A stretch of DNA of 64,000 bases from Roseibacillus sp. GTDB taxonomy: Bacteria; Verrucomicrobiota; Verrucomicrobiia; Verrucomicrobiales; Akkermansiaceae. Shown here in pieces: positions 46,616 to 55,916 of the stretch (position 1 is the stretch's first letter; every line of letters starts with the position of its first letter). The position numbers and the translations under genes were made by a program. The DNA lies in NCBI GenBank assembly GCA_028821775.1, contig JAPKFB010000005.1:26257-90256 (forward strand), read 5' to 3'. The notes below the pieces were generated by a model. It was not told the DNA's origin. It saw nothing but the letters and a program-made list of their open reading frames with translations, and did no database searches.

Positions 46616-48883
46616 TTACTTGGCGGCAGAGAGCTTGATATTGTCGATATAGACCCGCTTCTGGACCTGGGGAGAGAAGGCGAAGATTCCGGGGGCTCCC
46701 TTCTCGTGGACATCCTTGAGCTTCACTTCGATCGTCCACTCTGCGGGCTCGGGCTGATCGCGCAACCATGCCTTGGCGCGCACTGCCCCAGAGCCGTCCG
46801 CCCCGCGATGCACGTGGGTCTTGAGGTGATACCACTTGTTCGGAATGATCACGAATTTCACGGACTCCTTGACCCGCTCGTGGTTGGAGCTCACTTCGAG
46901 GATACGGCGGTTTCCGTCGAGGGTGATGAGATAGCGTTGGTTCACGAGACCGATGGTCGACTTCACCCGGCGGTTGCCATCGGTGGCGACATCCGCTTCG
47001 AGGATGTAGTCGCTCAATTCAGGGTCCCCGAAAAAGTTCATCGTCCGTTGGAAGAGGACATTGTCGAGCCGGTTGGCGATCACCTTGCTCCCGTCGTGTT
47101 CCAGCACGTGCCACTTGATGCGCGCGCCGAGCCACGGGAGGGGCGGGAAGTTCACGGCCTCGCCAGCGGCGTTCTTCATGGGCAATTTCGTGGCCTCAAA
47201 GTCGGCGCTGTAGCCAAGGGTGGCGATGACCCGCCCGCGGGTGGTCGCCGACATGCCATCAATGGTGGCCTTGAAGGCCCCGGCCGATAGTTTGGCCTCC
47301 GGGCCGGCCATGAGGGTGTCGTCCTCGAAGGTGGCGTCCACCTGGGCCTTCACCTTGGCGGTGGAGGGAATGAAGGCTTCCCACGTCGCTCCGCTGAGTT
47401 TTTTCACGCGGCGACCTTTCTCGTCCAGGCCCCAGATCGTGAATTTCTGCTCGCTGTTTTTGGTGAGGGCAAACTCAGCGGGGACGATCTGAATCTGGGC
47501 GACCTTCCCCACGGGAGCCCCTGCGATGACCCCCCCAATTTCGGCGCCGGCGGCGGCCCCTTTCGTTCCGAAACAATGGAGACCATTCTTGGTCATGAGA
47601 TAGCACTTTTGATTCCACAAGGCCGGCGTGCCGAGGCAAGGGGTGTGGAGTTCCACCTCTGCGAGAATTTCAGCATCCTTCTCTCCGGGTTTCAGGATGA
47701 AGAATTTCCCGTCCGCGAGCGCAATGTAGAGTTTGCCCTCAGCGTAGACGGGAGAGGCGTGGAGCTGGTCCGGACCCAGCTTCTTCTTCCAGATCGTCTT
47801 ACCGGTCTTGGCATCGACGCAGATCAGGTTGCCGGTTGCGATCGTGGTGTAAACGCGATCCCCGACCAGGATCGGGGAGCTCGTGAACGCCACATGCTCG
47901 GTGTTGCGCCAGACTTCGACCGCGGGACTGAGCACTCTGGGCGCTTTGTAAGTGGTGGGGACCTTGAGGCAGACTAAGCGTCCCTTGGCCGCAACATCGA
48001 CGTTTTCCTTGCCATGAATCGCGATGATCTTGTCGTCGCCGTACTTCAGGATCTGCGAGTTGATTCCACCCTTCGCAAACTGGAAGCGCCAGAGCGGCTT
48101 GCCCGTCCGCATGTCCACCGAAGTGATGTTGCCACATCCGTGACCGGTGTAGCCAACGCGGTGGCCTTCGATGTCGGCGTAAACCGGCATCCCGAACGAG
48201 CTGTCGTCCGGGGTCATTCCGGGCGTGGAGTACCACACCAGCTCACCCGTGATCTTGTCAAAGGCATAGAGTCGATCGCGGGCGGGGCCCGTGGTCCCCC
48301 AGTTTGCGGTGACGCAGTGCACGATCACGACCGGACCATCCAGCCCGAGCGATCCGGTGCGCCCATTCGGGAAGGTGAGTCGCGCCAGCTTCTCAACCAG
48401 CGAGTGCTCCCAAAGCGGCTTCAAGTCGGCGGTGAAGGCCATCAAGCGCCCGTTGCTGGACTGCAGGTAGACGTTGCCGGTTTCCGCATCGATGATGGGA
48501 GAACCCACCGCATAGCGATTGTAAACGACGTCGCTGATGAAGTCGCGGAAGCGGTGTTCCTTCACCAGCTTGCCAGTCTCGGCATCGAGGCAAATCAAGG
48601 CCTCCTGGACATCGCTGAGATCGCTCGGATCGTCATAGTAGCCGAACGCGTAGAGCTTGCCATTGGCGATCACGGGGGTCCCGCCCCCCTTGACCTGATG
48701 GGTCCAAAGGTGATTTTCACCATCAGGGGTCCAGGCATCCGGGTAGCCTTTTCCCGGCATGACCCCGTTTTGAGTGGGGCCCCGCCAGTTCAGCAGACCC
48801 GCAGCCTTGGGGGGAGCGGCGGTGACCCCCGAGATGAGGGAAACCAACAGGATTGCGGGGGCAATGGATCTCAATGCGATCAT
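46616..48883 (-). CDS. Exported PQQ-like beta-propeller protein with extra C-terminal beta-sandwich-like region
   Basis: Signal peptide MIALRSIAPAILLVSLISGVTAA and about 8 blades. The C-terminal ~200 aa (…VIANRLDNVLF…YHLKTHV…VYIDNIKL) is possibly DUF1080/LamG-like (inference). Confidence 0.8.
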   Translation of the reverse strand: MIALRSIAPAILLVSLISGVTAAPPKAAGLLNWRGPTQNGVMPGKGYPDAWTPDGENHLWTHQVKGGGTPVIANGKLYAFGYYDDPSDLSDVQEALICLDAETGKLVKEHRFRDFISDVVYNRYAVGSPIIDAETGNVYLQSSNGRLMAFTADLKPLWEHSLVEKLARLTFPNGRTGSLGLDGPVVIVHCVTANWGTTGPARDRLYAFDKITGELVWYSTPGMTPDDSSFGMPVYADIEGHRVGYTGHGCGNITSVDMRTGKPLWRFQFAKGGINSQILKYGDDKIIAIHGKENVDVAAKGRLVCLKVPTTYKAPRVLSPAVEVWRNTEHVAFTSSPILVGDRVYTTIATGNLICVDAKTGKTIWKKKLGPDQLHASPVYAEGKLYIALADGKFFILKPGEKDAEILAEVELHTPCLGTPALWNQKCYLMTKNGLHCFGTKGAAAGAEIGGVIAGAPVGKVAQIQIVPAEFALTKNSEQKFTIWGLDEKGRRVKKLSGATWEAFIPSTAKVKAQVDATFEDDTLMAGPEAKLSAGAFKATIDGMSATTRGRVIATLGYSADFEATKLPMKNAAGEAVNFPPLPWLGARIKWHVLEHDGSKVIANRLDNVLFQRTMNFFGDPELSDYILEADVATDGNRRVKSTIGLVNQRYLITLDGNRRILEVSSNHERVKESVKFVIIPNKWYHLKTHVHRGADGSGAVRAKAWLRDQPEPAEWTIEVKLKDVHEKGAPGIFAFSPQVQKRVYIDNIKLSAAK

Positions 48884-48982
48884 GGGACAAGTTATACGAA
48901 GGATTGAGCGCAGTCCTTTACTCGAATTTTTGGCACCGCTCGGAATTCGAGGTCTGCAGCGAACAATTTTGGGCGGAACGCC

Positions 48983-51058
48983 TTACCAGAGATCGAGATT
49001 GACTCGAACTCCGAAGAGTTGGGGATCCCCAGGTGAGCCGGCTGCGATTTGCGGGTTGACGAAAGAATAGTATTCTTCGTCGAGGATGTTGCGGCCGTAG
49101 ACCGTTACGCTCCAGTTTTCCGCTTCGTAGCCTGCTTGGGCGTCCCAAATCCAGTAGCCGTCCTGGAGGAAGGCACCCGTGTTGGCGGCATCATAATAGG
49201 TGTCCTCAGTGGCCCGGACCGACGATCCAAAGAAGAAGCCGCCCGGAAGGTCGTAGCGGAAACCGGCGCTCGCGGTGAGCTCCGGAATGAAGGGCACATT
49301 GCTGCCATCGTGATTCGTCCCCGTGAAGGGATCGGTGTAGGACTCGAACTCGACGTCGGTCCAACCGGCATTTCCGTGAATGAGCAGAGGATCGATTGGC
49401 CGCCACTGGAGTTCGGCTTCCAAGCCCCGCGAACGCACTTCGTCGGCATTCACGATCACAAAATCCGTCGAAAATGGATTCTGGGCATTGAGTTGGTAGT
49501 CATCAATCACGTTCCAGAATGCACGCACCACCACGTTGAGGTTGGAGTCGGGGTCATTGTAGTGCACGCCGGCCTCATTCGACCAGTTGCGCTCTTCACC
49601 GAAGGAGGCGGTGGCAGGATCGTCACTGAAGGCGGAGTAGCCGTGAGGCTTGATGCCCATGCCGGTGCGCAGGAAGGAGCTCACATTGTCGTTGTGGGCG
49701 TATACGATGCCCGTGGTTGGCGAAAAGTAGATTCCCTCCGAGTTTGGCGACTGCGCGGGGACCGGCCCGAATGGCGCAAGGGTCTTGACCCGGCTCATGG
49801 AAGCATCCGTGTAGTCGAGGCGTCCCCCGGCTTCCACGCTGAAACCATTTCCAAGGTCGTAGGCCGCCTTGCCGTAAGCTGCGTAGTTTTTTTCCTCGAT
49901 CGTGAAGCGGTTCCCTTCGGTCACAATCCCGGCGAGGCCCGCGGGGAACATGCGCCTGGTCGATCCATTGTTCTCCTTGTTCATGTAAAACAGGCCACCG
50001 CGCCAGCTCAAGGGTCCCGCATCTTCGGAACTTTGAAAACGGAATTCCTGGGTCCAGAGATCCTGGTCCTGGTTGATCAAGGAAGTCGCGAACGAGCCTG
50101 GGGATAGATCAAGATCCACGGTTTGGGGACCGAGATCCCAGGATTGATACGAGGTGATCGACTTCATCGTTCCCCAGTCGAAGTCCTTCCGGCCATGCAG
50201 GGAGAGCTGGTAGCGCTCGGTTTCGTTCCGACCTCGCAGGTCCGAATTCACCCTGAAGAGGTCACCGGCGAAGGCCGGATTGAAGGGAAGCGGCGTGAGG
50301 CGCTGGCTCCCGTCGTCCACCCGCTCGGCCATGACCCGAAATTTGATTTCGGTATCGGGGGCCGGGGTCCAGATGATGCTGGCCAGGCCACCGAGCACCG
50401 AACGGTCATCGGCGTGGCCGCCAAGAAAGTTGTTTTCCACAAAGCCGTCCCGCTCTTTCCAGTAAAACTGGAAGGTATGGCTGAGCCCATCGGCGAGCGG
50501 TCCGCTCGAGTAGCCGGTCACCGCCCGGGAGTTGTAGGAGCCATATTCGACGCTGCCCCCCAGCTTCCACGTGTCAGTGGTTTGCATGGTGGACAGCTCC
50601 ATCAAGCCAGCTGAGGCGTTGCGGCCGAAGCTTGCACCCTGAGGGCCGTGGTGCACGCGGGCAGATTCGAGACGCAAGAGGTTTGACGAGTAGTTGAAGG
50701 CATCCCCAAAGGGCACATCGTCGACATAGAGCCCAACCGCAGCGGGTCCAAAGAAAAGGGTGTTGCTGAGCCCGCGCATCGAGATGATGTTTCCGTAGCC
50801 GCGCGTGTCGCTATCCACGAAGTGGAGGTTGGGAGCGAGCATGCTGAGGTCTTCCAAGGTCTCGACTCCAAAGCGCTCGAGATCTTCGGGTGAGAGGGTG
50901 GTTTCATCAAGGTCCCCTTCGCCCGCTCCACCGCTTTGAGAAGCAGTGACTCTGGTCTCGGGGAGAGTACGCACAATCTGGGCGTTCAGAGCACCGTTAA
51001 GGGTCAGGCATCCAGCTCCTACAAGGAGGCCCGTGAGGTTTACAGGGTGTTTTGACAT
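48983..51058 (-). CDS. TonB-dependent outer-membrane receptor
   Basis: Signal peptide from ATG 51058 (MSKHPVNLTGLLVGAGCLTLNGALNA). Plug region (ISMRGLSN), long beta-barrel and terminal ...VRVNLDLW. Confidence 0.85.
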   Translation of the reverse strand: MSKHPVNLTGLLVGAGCLTLNGALNAQIVRTLPETRVTASQSGGAGEGDLDETTLSPEDLERFGVETLEDLSMLAPNLHFVDSDTRGYGNIISMRGLSNTLFFGPAAVGLYVDDVPFGDAFNYSSNLLRLESARVHHGPQGASFGRNASAGLMELSTMQTTDTWKLGGSVEYGSYNSRAVTGYSSGPLADGLSHTFQFYWKERDGFVENNFLGGHADDRSVLGGLASIIWTPAPDTEIKFRVMAERVDDGSQRLTPLPFNPAFAGDLFRVNSDLRGRNETERYQLSLHGRKDFDWGTMKSITSYQSWDLGPQTVDLDLSPGSFATSLINQDQDLWTQEFRFQSSEDAGPLSWRGGLFYMNKENNGSTRRMFPAGLAGIVTEGNRFTIEEKNYAAYGKAAYDLGNGFSVEAGGRLDYTDASMSRVKTLAPFGPVPAQSPNSEGIYFSPTTGIVYAHNDNVSSFLRTGMGIKPHGYSAFSDDPATASFGEERNWSNEAGVHYNDPDSNLNVVVRAFWNVIDDYQLNAQNPFSTDFVIVNADEVRSRGLEAELQWRPIDPLLIHGNAGWTDVEFESYTDPFTGTNHDGSNVPFIPELTASAGFRYDLPGGFFFGSSVRATEDTYYDAANTGAFLQDGYWIWDAQAGYEAENWSVTVYGRNILDEEYYSFVNPQIAAGSPGDPQLFGVRVNLDLW

Positions 51059-51076
51059 GGCGCGGAAGCTTGGAGG

Positions 51077-51107
51077 CTCAAGTGTGTGGGTCAAGTGTGT
51101 GGACACA
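51077..51107. promoter_or_regulatory. Tandem 12-mer direct repeat plus palindrome in divergent promoter region
   Basis: TCAAGTGTGTGG-G-TCAAGTGTGTGG-ACACAC. The second copy runs into the inverted repeat GTGTGT-GG-ACACAC. Located 19-49 nt upstream of the TonB-dependent receptor (TBDR) start at ATG 51058. Confidence 0.4.
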
Positions 51108-51222
51108 CCTTTTCAGCCTAGTGCGCTGGGACGCCAAAACTCCGCACCAGTTTCGCTTTTCCGGGGTTTATTATCCTCATTCATTGAGCGATATTCACTC
51201 CCTCTGACGAGAAAGCCCCTGC

Positions 51223-52635
51223 ATGAGAGCCGCCACCCTCACCACCCTCACGATCCTGCTGATCGCCCTCCTTTGCCCCGCCGATGTCCTTTCGTGGCGA
51301 AATGGCGGGCTGGGCCTCTATCCGAAATCGACCGCTCCGCTCGACTGGAATGACCCCGCCGCGATCTGGTGGAAAGTGCCGACCCCGATCAAAGCCAATG
51401 CCTGCCCGATCCTGGTCGGGGACCGTTTGATCTACACCACCGAGCCCGCCGGCCTGGTTTGTGCCAGCGCCCAGACCGGCCAGACGCTCTGGACCGCCTC
51501 CAATGCTTACGAGGACATTATCGAGCTCTCTCCCGCCGAGGAACAGGAACTCGCTCGCGCAAAATCCGCCATGGAGGGCATGGCGGACAAGCTCAAGCCC
51601 CTCGAGCGCAGCCACTACAAATTGCAACGGCGCCTTCGAAACGACAAAAAGAATGCGGTTCTCAAGGCGCAACTCCGCAAACTGCGCAAGGAGATTGTGA
51701 CCCTCAAGGCCACTGCGGGTGATATCCTTGAGCGCTTCGAGAAACCGAAGACTCACGACGTGAATGGCTACGCCTCCTACACTCCCTGCTCTGATGGCAA
51801 GTCCATCTACGTCTGCAACGGTCTCGGCGTGGTCGCAAAATTCACCCTCGACGGCCAACGCCTTTGGGTCAGGAAAATGGAGCAGCCCGATCACGGGTGG
51901 GGCGGGGCGGTTTCCCCAACCCTGGTGGGCGGCAAGCTGATCGTACGCTTTTCCGACTACACCGCGCTCGACCCGGAAACCGGCAAGGAACTCTGGCGTG
52001 TGCCCAATCCCAAGATGTTCGGAGTGCCGGCCTCCTTCGAACTCGAGGGTCAGTGGTTTCTCTACACCTGCCGCGGGGAACTGATTCGGGTGGCGGACGG
52101 GAAGAAACTCCCCTCCCAGGACTGGACCATCGCCACCATGAGCTTCGCGTTTTTCAACACCCCCTATCTTGAGGGTAATCGACTCTATGTGGTGCACGGT
52201 GCGCAGGGGATTCAGGGCGACGCCTACTGCATGGAAATTCCCGGGACGGTGAAGGAGCTGGAAGCAAAGGGTCTCACCCAGGTTTGGTACCGGGAACTCT
52301 TTCACGATCGCTACTACGCCAACCCGCTTGTCGTCGACGGCTTGATGTACACCTTCTCGATGCAACACCACGTGCAAGTCCTCGAGGCCACGAACGGGGA
52401 GCTCGTCTACGACCACCTCATCAAGAGCCTCAACGGCCGCACCTTTCCCGGTCTCCTCTACGTGCAGGGCAAGATCTTTGCTGGAGAGGAGGAGGGCACC
52501 ATCCTCTTTCTCGAACCGGGCCGCAAATTCAAGGAATATGCCCGCTATCAGCTGGAAGAGTGCCGCAGCACCCCGATCTTCGCGGGCAAGGTGGCCTACC
52601 TACGCACCCTCCATCACCTCTGGGCCTTCAAGTAG
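51223..52635 (+). CDS. Exported PQQ-like beta-propeller protein with coiled-coil insert
   Basis: Signal peptide MRAATLTTLTILLIALLCPA. Propeller blades. An ~85-aa Lys/Arg/Glu-rich helical insert (ELSPAEEQELARAK...LRKLRKEIVTLK). Confidence 0.8.
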   Translation: MRAATLTTLTILLIALLCPADVLSWRNGGLGLYPKSTAPLDWNDPAAIWWKVPTPIKANACPILVGDRLIYTTEPAGLVCASAQTGQTLWTASNAYEDIIELSPAEEQELARAKSAMEGMADKLKPLERSHYKLQRRLRNDKKNAVLKAQLRKLRKEIVTLKATAGDILERFEKPKTHDVNGYASYTPCSDGKSIYVCNGLGVVAKFTLDGQRLWVRKMEQPDHGWGGAVSPTLVGGKLIVRFSDYTALDPETGKELWRVPNPKMFGVPASFELEGQWFLYTCRGELIRVADGKKLPSQDWTIATMSFAFFNTPYLEGNRLYVVHGAQGIQGDAYCMEIPGTVKELEAKGLTQVWYRELFHDRYYANPLVVDGLMYTFSMQHHVQVLEATNGELVYDHLIKSLNGRTFPGLLYVQGKIFAGEEEGTILFLEPGRKFKEYARYQLEECRSTPIFAGKVAYLRTLHHLWAFK

Positions 52636-52710
52636 CATGGGGCGATGCTTTGCAAGGGCCCAACCCAGTGCTTTAGTGCAGGCATGGCGCTTGGAATCGC
52701 CGATCCGGTT

Positions 52711-53928
52711 ATGAAAACTCCCGTTCTTCTCCTCCTCGCAATCCTTCTCCTCCCCACCGCGCACGCCGCTGACTGGCCGCAGTATCTCGGTCAAAAAGGT
52801 GATGGCATCTCCTCGGAAACGATCAACGGAGACTGGAAGGGCAAGCCTCCCAAGACCCTCTGGACCGCCGAGGTCGGAAAAGGCTGCGGGAGCTGGGCCA
52901 TCGTCAAGGGCAAGGCCTTCGTCGCAGGCAACGACGGCAAGCAGGATACCATTTGGTGCCTCAACGCCAACACCGGCAAGGCGATTTGGCGCCATCAGTA
53001 TCCGGAAAAGCTCAGCGCGAATCTCTACGAAGGGGGCCCAAACACCACCCCCACCATCGATGGCAGCAGGGTCTACACCCTGAGCAAGAGCGGGGTGCTC
53101 TATTGCCTCAACCTCGCCGACGGTCGGCCGATCTGGCGCAAGCACCTCAAGAACGACTTTGGTGGCAAGGCCGGCAGTTGGGGATACTCCGCCTCCCCGG
53201 TGGTGGATGACGCTCTGCTCTACGTCCTTCCCGGCTCCAAGAACGGCGGCTTCTATGCGCTCAACAAGAAAGACGGCTCTGTCGCCTGGCACACCAGGGA
53301 CCTACGTCGCTCGGGATACTCTGCGCCCATCCTCACTACCATCCGGGGCAAGAACGCCGCCCTCGTCTTTTACGGTCGCTCGGTGGTGGCCCACGACCTC
53401 GCCGCCAAGGGGAAGGTGATCTTCGAGTTTCCCTGGAAGACGAGCTACGACGTGAACGCCAGCAATCCGCAGTACCACGATGGCAAGCTCTTCATCGCCT
53501 CCGGCTATGGCATGGGCTACAGCGTGCTCGAGGTCAGCGGCGCAAAGCCCAAAATCATCCACCGGGATCATGACATCCGCATGATTTTTCAGAACAGCGT
53601 GCGCACCGGGGACACCATCACGGGAGTTTTCGGCGACAAGCGCATCGAGGCCGAATTGATCCGCATGGACATGGCCAGCGGCAAGATCCACTGGCGCCGT
53701 AAAATGCCCGGCACCCGCGGGTCCTCTGCTCTCATCGGCAACACCTTTGTCCTACTCTCCGAAACCGGCGACCTCATCGCTGGCAGGGTGAGCAACGAGG
53801 GCTTCACCGAAACGGGGCGGCAGAAGATTCTCAGCCGCAAATGCTGGTCTCCCTTCGCCGTCGCCGAGGGCAAGCTCTTCGCAAGAAACAACAAGGGCTC
53901 CGCGATTTGCCTCGATGTGAGCAGGTAA
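52711..53928 (+). CDS. Exported PQQ-like beta-propeller protein
   Basis: ATG 52711 gives MKTPVLLLLAILLLPTAHA. Repeated G.VY.....G.LYCLN..DG..IW blades. Confidence 0.8.
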   Translation: MKTPVLLLLAILLLPTAHAADWPQYLGQKGDGISSETINGDWKGKPPKTLWTAEVGKGCGSWAIVKGKAFVAGNDGKQDTIWCLNANTGKAIWRHQYPEKLSANLYEGGPNTTPTIDGSRVYTLSKSGVLYCLNLADGRPIWRKHLKNDFGGKAGSWGYSASPVVDDALLYVLPGSKNGGFYALNKKDGSVAWHTRDLRRSGYSAPILTTIRGKNAALVFYGRSVVAHDLAAKGKVIFEFPWKTSYDVNASNPQYHDGKLFIASGYGMGYSVLEVSGAKPKIIHRDHDIRMIFQNSVRTGDTITGVFGDKRIEAELIRMDMASGKIHWRRKMPGTRGSSALIGNTFVLLSETGDLIAGRVSNEGFTETGRQKILSRKCWSPFAVAEGKLFARNNKGSAICLDVSR

Positions 53929-53955
53929 GGATTCGCGCCTCTCTCCCCTCCCTCC

Positions 53956-55773
53956 ATGCGCAACTTGCTTCTCGTCCTCACCCTCCTCTTTCCTCTCCGA
54001 GCCGCCGACCTCGAGACCGAGATCGCAACCCAGGTCCAGGCCGCGCGCAGCATCCTCGATCCCTGGCACGCCGACAACCCTGCTCGGGAATCCCGCATCC
54101 TCCACCTCGTCTATTGGACTCCTTCGGATCGAGCGCCCGCGGCCGACTACCACGCCCGCCTCACCCGCATGATGGAACACATCCGGAACTTCTACGGCCG
54201 CGAGATGAAGCGCCTCGGCTTCGGCCCGCGCACCTTCAATCTCGCCTACGACGAGGAGAAAAAACTCATCATCCATCTCGTGACGGGCAACGGAGCCTAC
54301 GCCGACTACAACATGCAAAGTGGCAAAAAGATCCGAGGGGAGTGTCTGCCCGTCCTGCGCAAAGCGGGAATCATCGCGGATCGCGAAACCATAGTCATCT
54401 TCTGCAACATGGCGGAGTGGGATGCCCAAAAGCTCGTCTTCAACCACCGCTCACCCTACTACGCCGGCGGATCACACCAGCAGGGCACCGCATGGCAGCT
54501 CGACTCGCCCGAACTCGATCCGCTCCACCTGAGCAGAAAGAAGCCCCTCATCCGCGACGGACAGTACGGGCGCATCTCTCTTGGAAAGCACAATTCCATC
54601 TTCATCGGGGGCGTGGCGCACGAGCTTGGCCACGCTCTCAGCCTGCCCCACAACAAAGAGCGTCCCGACGAGCGGGCGGCCCAAGGAACCGCCCTCATGG
54701 GATCGGGAAACCGTTCCTATGGCGACGAACTGCGCGACGAAGGGAAGGGATCCTTCCTCACCCTCGCCCATGGCCTCCGGCTTGCATCCCATCCCCAATT
54801 TTCGGGATCGGTGAAGGGGATGAATCAGCGCCGTGATCTCGAAATGACCGCCTTCAAGGCCGTCGCCGAGGGCGACGAATTCATCTTCTCCGGCCGCCTC
54901 AAAGCGACTCCTCCAGTCTACACCGTGATCGCCTACGCCGACCCCGAGGGAGGCAGCGACTACGATGCCACCACCGCCACTGCGGTCCCCGACAAGGACG
55001 GAAGGTTCACCCTCCGGTGTCGTGGCCTTGCGAAGGGCAAAGCTGCCGCCTTCCGGCTCGTGGCCTGCCATGTCAATGGCGCAAGCAGTCCGAGCACTCG
55101 CTACAGCTTTTCCTATTCCGTCGGGAAGGACGGCAAGGTCGATCTCGCCGCCATGCAGGAGCGCTTTGCTCTCGCACCACTCCTTAGCGCTCTCAAGTCC
55201 CGCGATGAAAAGGCGGCCACCGCTGCGTTCAAAGTGCTCCAGAAAGAAGCTTCCGACGGGAGCCCGGGCCGGACCGAACGCATCGGGCGCAATCTCCTCT
55301 CCACGATGGTTGGGCCCCGGCGTCCTGAGCTCCACCCGCCTGCCAGGATCGAGGCGGGGGTTCGCCGCACCGCCCTCGCGAACACCAAACCAATGTCCGC
55401 GAAAGTGGGCTGGCAACGGCCCGCATACAACCACCTTCCCGGTCCGACGCTCCTCTTGGAGTCCGGCAGCCGCCTCTGGGAACACGGCATCTATGCCCAC
55501 GCTCCGGCTCGCCATCTCTATCAGCTGAGCGGAAAGTGGCAGTCGCTCAGCGGAGCTGCCGGCGTGGCGGACGGCTATTCCGGCTCAGTGGTGTTTGTCA
55601 TCAAGGCGGACCGCAAGCCCCTCTGGCGCAGCAAAACCATCAAGGCCGGAACAATCGCCCACTACGACCTCACCCTCGCAGGGGTCAAGGAGCTCGAACT
55701 CCACGTCGAGGACGCAGGAGACGGGACGGCCTCAGACTGGGGCCTCTGGCTCGAGCCCCTCCTGAGCCGCTAG
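53956..55773 (+). CDS. Secreted metzincin-like zinc protease fused to a C-terminal NPCBM-like module
   Basis: Signal peptide. HELGHALSLPH (HExxHxxxxxH with Ser in place of the metzincin Gly). The C-terminal ~150 aa carry an NPCBM-type pattern (GIYAHAPA...Y.L.G....L.G..GV.D...GSVVF.I..D......S......G......L.GVKELELHV.DAGDG...DWG.W). Confidence 0.7.
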   Translation: MRNLLLVLTLLFPLRAADLETEIATQVQAARSILDPWHADNPARESRILHLVYWTPSDRAPAADYHARLTRMMEHIRNFYGREMKRLGFGPRTFNLAYDEEKKLIIHLVTGNGAYADYNMQSGKKIRGECLPVLRKAGIIADRETIVIFCNMAEWDAQKLVFNHRSPYYAGGSHQQGTAWQLDSPELDPLHLSRKKPLIRDGQYGRISLGKHNSIFIGGVAHELGHALSLPHNKERPDERAAQGTALMGSGNRSYGDELRDEGKGSFLTLAHGLRLASHPQFSGSVKGMNQRRDLEMTAFKAVAEGDEFIFSGRLKATPPVYTVIAYADPEGGSDYDATTATAVPDKDGRFTLRCRGLAKGKAAAFRLVACHVNGASSPSTRYSFSYSVGKDGKVDLAAMQERFALAPLLSALKSRDEKAATAAFKVLQKEASDGSPGRTERIGRNLLSTMVGPRRPELHPPARIEAGVRRTALANTKPMSAKVGWQRPAYNHLPGPTLLLESGSRLWEHGIYAHAPARHLYQLSGKWQSLSGAAGVADGYSGSVVFVIKADRKPLWRSKTIKAGTIAHYDLTLAGVKELELHVEDAGDGTASDWGLWLEPLLSR

Positions 55774-55916
55774 CCAGCCCGGAACCACCCCAGTCTCAGG
55801 CGCTGAATTCTCCGCCTCCCTGCGCAATACCGGGGCCCCCCATTCCTGACACCAAATTGCCAACCCGGTGAGGGTCTCCTCGCCATCCCGGGCTTGCAGG
55901 CCGATTCTATCGGGCC

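Noticed and set aside
46594-46713. Longer start of the PQQ lipoprotein (643-aa ORF), overlapping the upstream gene by 98 nt.
   Set aside because: The extension is Ser/Pro-rich and overlaps the conserved C-terminus of the 755-aa protein. ATG 46593 yields a canonical lipoprotein signal.
51059-51106. Longer TBDR start at ATG 51106, giving MSTHLTHTLEPPSFRA before the signal peptide.
   Set aside because: The extra 16 residues are encoded by the tandem DNA repeat and precede a complete, typical signal peptide starting at 51058. The shorter start is more plausible but remains unproven.
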